Shown: positions 59,423 through 64,000 of the stretch, piece after piece
Layout: the number at the start of each line of letters is the position of its first letter
How positions within the stretch are numbered: position 1 is the first letter of the stretch
NCBI GenBank assembly: GCA_965197905.1
Contig: CBDAOB010000005.1
Location: forward strand, 1,312,001 to 1,376,000
Direction: 5' to 3'
Length of the DNA stretch: 64,000 bases
Origin: Candidatus Latescibacterota bacterium
GTDB lineage: Bacteria > Latescibacterota > UBA2968 > UBA8231
Program-made: the position numbers and the translations under genes
The notes under the pieces: generated by a model
What the model saw: the letters and a program-made list of their open reading frames with translations, nothing else
Database searches by the model: none
What the model was told of the DNA's origin: nothing

Positions 59423-61648
59423 TTACTCGTCAGCCAACTCCACCAGCACAACCTCCTCGATATGCACCTTTGGCACCAGAATCGTAGTCGGATCGTTCGT
59501 TACTTCCAACGGCCGGTTTTGAAAAGGAAGGGAAGCAGACTTTGCTTTGAAGTCGTTCAACTTGATGACGACATCATGCACAGGTAGCAATTCATCAATA
59601 TGAAAGTACTTTGCTCTGTCTGCCCGTGAGGTCCTCCAGGGGACAAAGGGCAACGGATTGTTGAGGAGATGAATCATCAACTGGCCTGGCTTGCGGTTAA
59701 AAGCCGACAGCTCTATTACTCGCGGCGCCTCTAACTCTATAGATGGCTCGGCCATTCGTGCTAGATGAGAGATAAATCGCTTCAACTGTGGGAGAGGGCT
59801 ACGGTTGTAACCATCTCCGATGTCTCCACAAACGTATATGGCTTTCCCTTTTCCGAAGGTGTTAGTAGTAACGGCAGGCAATCCTGAGTCGTAGTTTGCA
59901 TAGGCATAGAACTTTGCAAGGGGCGGCTCATGTCCCTTCCACCTAAGGTTGCTTTTTGTGAAAAGGACTTCGGGTTCGTTGCCCCGCCTTGTAGAGATGC
60001 TCGATTGTTTTGCTCCGAAGGCGACAGCGTGACCAAATTCGTCTCTTAGAGCTTCGGATTGGGGTACGTAGATGTTACTTTCGGTGGGGTCGATTTCGCC
60101 AAGTTTAGTGTCGATCTTTACTGGCTCTTGGACTTCAGAAGCTTGATAGTCAACGCCCAAAACGTCGGCCAGCCCGAAGTTATCTCTCTTCTGGCCGAGT
60201 TCATCACAGAGAGATGTCTCATGTGTGGCGATGAGACCCCCCCCCTCCGAGACGAACCGCCTTATTTCATCAACCTGACGGTCTGAGAGACAGGCACTGT
60301 TGGAAAGAAAGAGAACCTTGTAAGGTGAGAGTTTCTCGTATGTGAGTTGCTGATCGAAGAGGACTTCCGTGAGTATGTGAGATCGTTTAAGCATCTCGTG
60401 GCTTCCTCTGAGCAGGGTCCAGAAACCATCGGGATTATCATGGTACCGGAAGTCCCTCGTCTGCTGAGAAACGTGGAGGGCCAGGTGCTTGACCGATTCT
60501 CCACCCACATATGACTGAAGCTTTTTCACTTCGGAGAATACGGATTTAAGCGCATCCCCATATATAGTATGGTCTCCTGCATCAAGACCGACCGTGTTGG
60601 ATGCTCCTCCTTTGACGACGGCGGATAGGGCATGGATGGTGGCAGAGATAGGCACAGGATAAGGTACCGTCCCTACCTCGGGAGCACTCTGGTCTCCATG
60701 ATAGAAGAATCCGAAGGTCGGGCCTGCCGCTCTCAGCAGCTTAGCTAGAAAACTCGCTCCCAGATTTTCAATGCCTGCCTCCAGAAAGAAGTGGGTAGTA
60801 TCTGGCAGTGGATTGAGCGGGTGGGCTGTTTGCCAGCCTGTGTCGTGTGTCTTGTGATATTGGCGTCCGTAATAGTATGGGCGTCCGTAATAGTTCCAAT
60901 CTATGATTACGTCGGGGTGTCTGGCGTATATGCCCTTCGCCACATGTTCAACACCCTCATTAAACTTTTCATAGCGCCAGTTGATATAACGTTTGAAGTC
61001 AAGGGAGGCCATATCTACCTTCGTGGGAAGCTCTTTACCGCTCTCTTTAAGATAGAACTCCCGGCAATACGAACATATGCAACCGACAGTTCGCCTCTGG
61101 CCGGCATCAGAGTGTGAGCCCCAGTTCATATCGTCGAAGTAGATGCCATCGAAATCAAAGTAGTCGAGCATCTCGTTCAGGTATTTAGGTAGCCAGTCCC
61201 GATAGGGGGAGTTCCAGCAAAACCAGCCCTCGTTCCACACCTCCTCTCCACCATCGTCCAGCATCTGGATCATCCATTCAGGTTTTACTTTCAATAACTG
61301 TGTGGTGAAGATGAACGGATAGTAGGTCAGTACTAGTATGCCCTTTTTGTGCGCCAGATCGAGGAACCTGGAGATGCGCTCCGGGTCTGCGTCTGGAGGT
61401 GTCTCCAGCATCTTGGAGGGCCATAGCGGTATGCCCCGGCTCCCGCTCTTGGTGGCGTGGACGACCCAGACCTCGGTGCCCGCATCGGCGATGGCGTTGA
61501 TCTCCTGCTCCATAGTGGCACGTGCGACGGAGCTGCTACCGGCTGCTGGAGGATTCAGACAGGTAGGATATTTCTCAATCCTGCAAACCCTCTTTTCGTA
61601 GGGGAGTTCACTTAGTCTTTGCGCTGTTGAACCTAGCCGCTCAGTCAT
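59423..61648 (-). CDS. Glycoside hydrolase-like protein (GHL6-type TIM barrel + beta-galactosidase trimerisation domain)
   Basis: CWNSPYR, FDGIYFD, GCICSYC, LFLSNSACLSD, GGGLIATHETSL, LMIHLLN. Confidence 0.75.
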   Translation of the reverse strand: MTERLGSTAQRLSELPYEKRVCRIEKYPTCLNPPAAGSSSVARATMEQEINAIADAGTEVWVVHATKSGSRGIPLWPSKMLETPPDADPERISRFLDLAHKKGILVLTYYPFIFTTQLLKVKPEWMIQMLDDGGEEVWNEGWFCWNSPYRDWLPKYLNEMLDYFDFDGIYFDDMNWGSHSDAGQRRTVGCICSYCREFYLKESGKELPTKVDMASLDFKRYINWRYEKFNEGVEHVAKGIYARHPDVIIDWNYYGRPYYYGRQYHKTHDTGWQTAHPLNPLPDTTHFFLEAGIENLGASFLAKLLRAAGPTFGFFYHGDQSAPEVGTVPYPVPISATIHALSAVVKGGASNTVGLDAGDHTIYGDALKSVFSEVKKLQSYVGGESVKHLALHVSQQTRDFRYHDNPDGFWTLLRGSHEMLKRSHILTEVLFDQQLTYEKLSPYKVLFLSNSACLSDRQVDEIRRFVSEGGGLIATHETSLCDELGQKRDNFGLADVLGVDYQASEVQEPVKIDTKLGEIDPTESNIYVPQSEALRDEFGHAVAFGAKQSSISTRRGNEPEVLFTKSNLRWKGHEPPLAKFYAYANYDSGLPAVTTNTFGKGKAIYVCGDIGDGYNRSPLPQLKRFISHLARMAEPSIELEAPRVIELSAFNRKPGQLMIHLLNNPLPFVPWRTSRADRAKYFHIDELLPVHDVVIKLNDFKAKSASLPFQNRPLEVTNDPTTILVPKVHIEEVVLVELADE

Positions 61649-61708
61649 GTTTTTTCTCCTTGTTGTTCGCTTGCCGTAATAATTACTTTCACGATATGCA
61701 CCAGTCAG

Positions 61709-62446
61709 CTACACCCCGGAAGCCAGCATTTGATACCGCTTTTGAATCCACCAGTCAGCGTGTGGCATGCCACTGCCAAGCGCTGCTTGTATCACCAAGT
61801 TGACATCCACGGGCACACGACGTAACTCGATTCGAAGGCTGCTCTTCTCCCAACCGATAACCCCATATTCTGCCCATGCAGGATGGCGATCTTGATCTGT
61901 CTGTGGAACAGGAGCACCAACACTTCCTGGATTGAAAAGGGTGATATCTCCATAAAGACGAACCATCTGTGTGTGCTTATGTCCTCCAGCCAATACCGTG
62001 GCGTGATAGCCAAACAGCATCCGTTCGAGGTCTTCGTCAGGAGTGGTCGAAGAGATTCCTTCTACATTAGACTGTGGGGAACCGTGATAACAAAGAAGAC
62101 CTGTGGTAACATCAAGAGGCATTTCGACCGTTGCTTGGAATGTACGCAGATAATCGAGATCGTCAGGTGAAAGCTGACTGACACCCCAGAATTGAATGTC
62201 GGCGGTGAACCGATGAATCTTCTCGTTGCGCCGGGGTGGATTCAGGAACAAAGCATCCATGTTGCCCATGACGACAGAACTGTTTAGAGTTTTCAATTGG
62301 GCAATGACCTCACGTGGCTGGGGGCCATCAGCGGCGATATCACCCAGGCACACGACGTGATCAATGTGTTCTGTTTTGAGATCGCTCAAGACAGATTCCA
62401 AAGCCACTAAATTTCCATGGATATCAGAGATGATGGCGATTCGCAT
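61709..62446 (-). CDS. Metallophosphoesterase family protein
   Basis: ISDIHGN, CLGD, GNMD, HGSP, GGHKH, NPGSVG. Confidence 0.93.
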   Translation of the reverse strand: MRIAIISDIHGNLVALESVLSDLKTEHIDHVVCLGDIAADGPQPREVIAQLKTLNSSVVMGNMDALFLNPPRRNEKIHRFTADIQFWGVSQLSPDDLDYLRTFQATVEMPLDVTTGLLCYHGSPQSNVEGISSTTPDEDLERMLFGYHATVLAGGHKHTQMVRLYGDITLFNPGSVGAPVPQTDQDRHPAWAEYGVIGWEKSSLRIELRRVPVDVNLVIQAALGSGMPHADWWIQKRYQMLASGV

Positions 62447-62485
62447 GTGGCTCCTCTTTTTTAGTTGCCATTCATTCGAACATGT

Positions 62486-63079
62486 TTATGTAATCTGCTG
62501 TGGCAACAGATGGTGTACATCATTCGTCCGACAAAGCCACAAAAACCTTCCATTTTGAATTATTACCTCGTGAATAGAGGTGTTGCTTGTCTTAAAAAGA
62601 ACAGCCGTCTTTGGATTGACGCCGGCTAGAGTAGATACAAGGAAACGAATCAGAGTTCCATGGGCGGCAATGAGAATCTGATCATCCCAGGTATGTTCAG
62701 AAAGAATTTGACGAGCAAATTCCTTTATTTCTGCACGACGCTTGCGGATGTCCTCCTGAACTGCTTTTCCACCGGGCGCACGACCTGGCTTGATCATGAA
62801 TCCACTGATCTCCCGCAAGGAGGCCGTGACTGTGAAAGGCGTGCTTGGATGAAAATGTCGGATAGCAAGGCCTGTGTAATATGCCCTAGATAAATCGCTT
62901 GTGTATATGTGGGTAAAATGTTCTTTGGCTAACCGTTTCGCTACCCGAGCGGCTTGTTTCTCTCCTAAAGAAGTAAGGGGTGCTCCTAACTCTCCTGGCC
63001 TCTCTTCACCACTGGCCTGTCCATGACGAACAAGTACAATCTTGAAATCGTGAAATTCTGATCGTGTAGTTTTAGACAT
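62486..63079 (-). CDS. Histidine phosphatase family protein
   Basis: LVRHGQ, YTSDLSRA, LRE, AHG. Confidence 0.92.
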   Translation of the reverse strand: MSKTTRSEFHDFKIVLVRHGQASGEERPGELGAPLTSLGEKQAARVAKRLAKEHFTHIYTSDLSRAYYTGLAIRHFHPSTPFTVTASLREISGFMIKPGRAPGGKAVQEDIRKRRAEIKEFARQILSEHTWDDQILIAAHGTLIRFLVSTLAGVNPKTAVLFKTSNTSIHEVIIQNGRFLWLCRTNDVHHLLPQQIT

Positions 63080-63124
63080 TCACTTGCTCCTATAGACACC
63101 AATTTTCTCAATTAAACAATTTCG

Positions 63125-63208
63125 GTTCAACGTTTAATGGGTCACGAACCCACGAAGTGGGTTGGGCGAAGGCCCGCATGGGCCGAAGCCGGGACCCAGG
63201 TGTTATGT
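63125..63208 (-). repeat. Isolated attC-like site (84 bp)
   Basis: Minus strand ACATAAC..TGGGTCCCG..CGTGACCCA..GTTGAAC with internal hairpins, between co-oriented genes. Confidence 0.55.
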
Positions 63209-63314
63209 GGCGTGTGGCGAAATGCTCTATCACTCTGGTTTCGCCGGCATCTCAACCTCGTATTGTACGCCGGCACGTCAACGCCTTGAACTTCAGCTTG
63301 TCCCGCCCGACTCC

Positions 63315-63746
63315 TTATTCGTTGAGCTCCATCAACTCCAGCCAGTTACCGTCCGGGTCCTGGAGGTAGCAGGCGATCCGGCCCGGGGCGATCTGGGCAG
63401 GCGGATTCATGCTCTTCGCGCCGCCCGCTGACATTTTTGCGAACGTCGCTGAGATGTCTTCCACCTCGAACGCCAGGTGCGCCGCCCCAACCACTTTGCG
63501 CTCCTCGGTCGGACACTCGTCTGACGGCGGATTGACGTACTCAATGAGCTCCAGGATGTGGCCACCCCCCAGGTCGAGTAAGGCCAACTTCAGGTGGGCA
63601 TCCTCGTACCCGACGACCTGGTCAATTTCCGGGCCGACGCGCTCGTACTCGCTGATGACGTTGAGGCCAACGATGTCGCGGTAGAAGGCGACGGCCGTGG
63701 CTCGGTTCCGAACAACGAATCCTGTGTGGTGTAATCGCTGTATCAT
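63315..63746 (-). CDS. VOC (glyoxalase) family protein
   Basis: LHHTGFVV, FYRDIVG, LELIEY, HLAFEV, YLQDPDGNWLEL. Confidence 0.93.
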   Translation of the reverse strand: MIQRLHHTGFVVRNRATAVAFYRDIVGLNVISEYERVGPEIDQVVGYEDAHLKLALLDLGGGHILELIEYVNPPSDECPTEERKVVGAAHLAFEVEDISATFAKMSAGGAKSMNPPAQIAPGRIACYLQDPDGNWLELMELNE

Positions 63747-63809
63747 GGTTTCTTCCTTATGTTCTGGCTTTCCCTCCCTTGAGAACTAATCGTTACCCAC
63801 ATCTTTTTG

Positions 63810-63926
63810 CTCGGTGATAAAGTCGCCGAGCTACAGAAAACGGCGCCCGATGAATCGGCTGTCAAGCGATCCTTTCAGTCCGATTTATCGGACGCCGCCC
63901 GATAGCCCGCTGATTCATCGGCGGGC
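63810..63926. repeat. Cluster of REP-like short palindromes
   Basis: CCGATGAATCGG (63847-63858), GTCCGATTTATCGGAC (63878-63893), GCCCGCTGATTCATCGGCGGGC (63905-63926). Confidence 0.55.
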
Positions 63927-64000
63927 GGGAGCCGCATGCCACAAGGGCCGCAGACTTGTGGGTAAGGATTAGCCCTTGAGAAAGAGGGTCCGGTTGTAAG

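Noticed and set aside
60862..60894. 18-bp-period tandem repeat as a regulatory element
   Set aside because: In-frame duplication inside the coding region (YYGRP/YYYGRQ); no evidence of another role.

Overview
Bacterial, GC-rich window with two halves. Positions 1 to about 27.3 kb are mostly intact chromosomal genes: an HddA/HddC-like sugar-nucleotide operon, a PTS IIA protein, a three-gene pseudo-helicase + UvrD-like helicase + Fe-S PD-(D/E)XK nuclease operon, miaB, mtaB, pcrA/uvrD, mltG, an ARPP-1/DUF6569-like gene, stand-alone fliM and fliS (fliS behind a consensus sigma-28 promoter), an ABC-2 transporter and pcm. This half also has a large membrane-protein gene interrupted by a complete, sense-oriented group II intron (22419-24559) whose removal restores the reading frame exactly. 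Positions of about 27.3-64 kb are an accessory mosaic with catabolic genes, pseudogenes and IS3/IS110/IS630/IS91 remnants. The main feature invisible to the ORF track is a minus-strand integron-type cassette array (about 41.3-54.0 kb). It has nine attC sites (eight of 120-127 bp, one of 73 bp) separating a PhyH-like dioxygenase, isochorismatase, SDR, APH-like kinase, S9 peptidase, DUF4238, GNAT, higBA and a hybrid histidine kinase. Cassette-boundary core sites are complementary, as expected of real cassettes. No intact integron integrase is present. An attI-like site and a possible decayed co-oriented tyrosine-recombinase tail sit at the array head, cut by a 150-bp element that also occurs 22 kb away. 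Protein calls come from motif recognition only, with no searches run. Several frameshifts may be sequencing errors. The gene repertoire suggests a Latescibacterota-like organism, but that is a weak inference.
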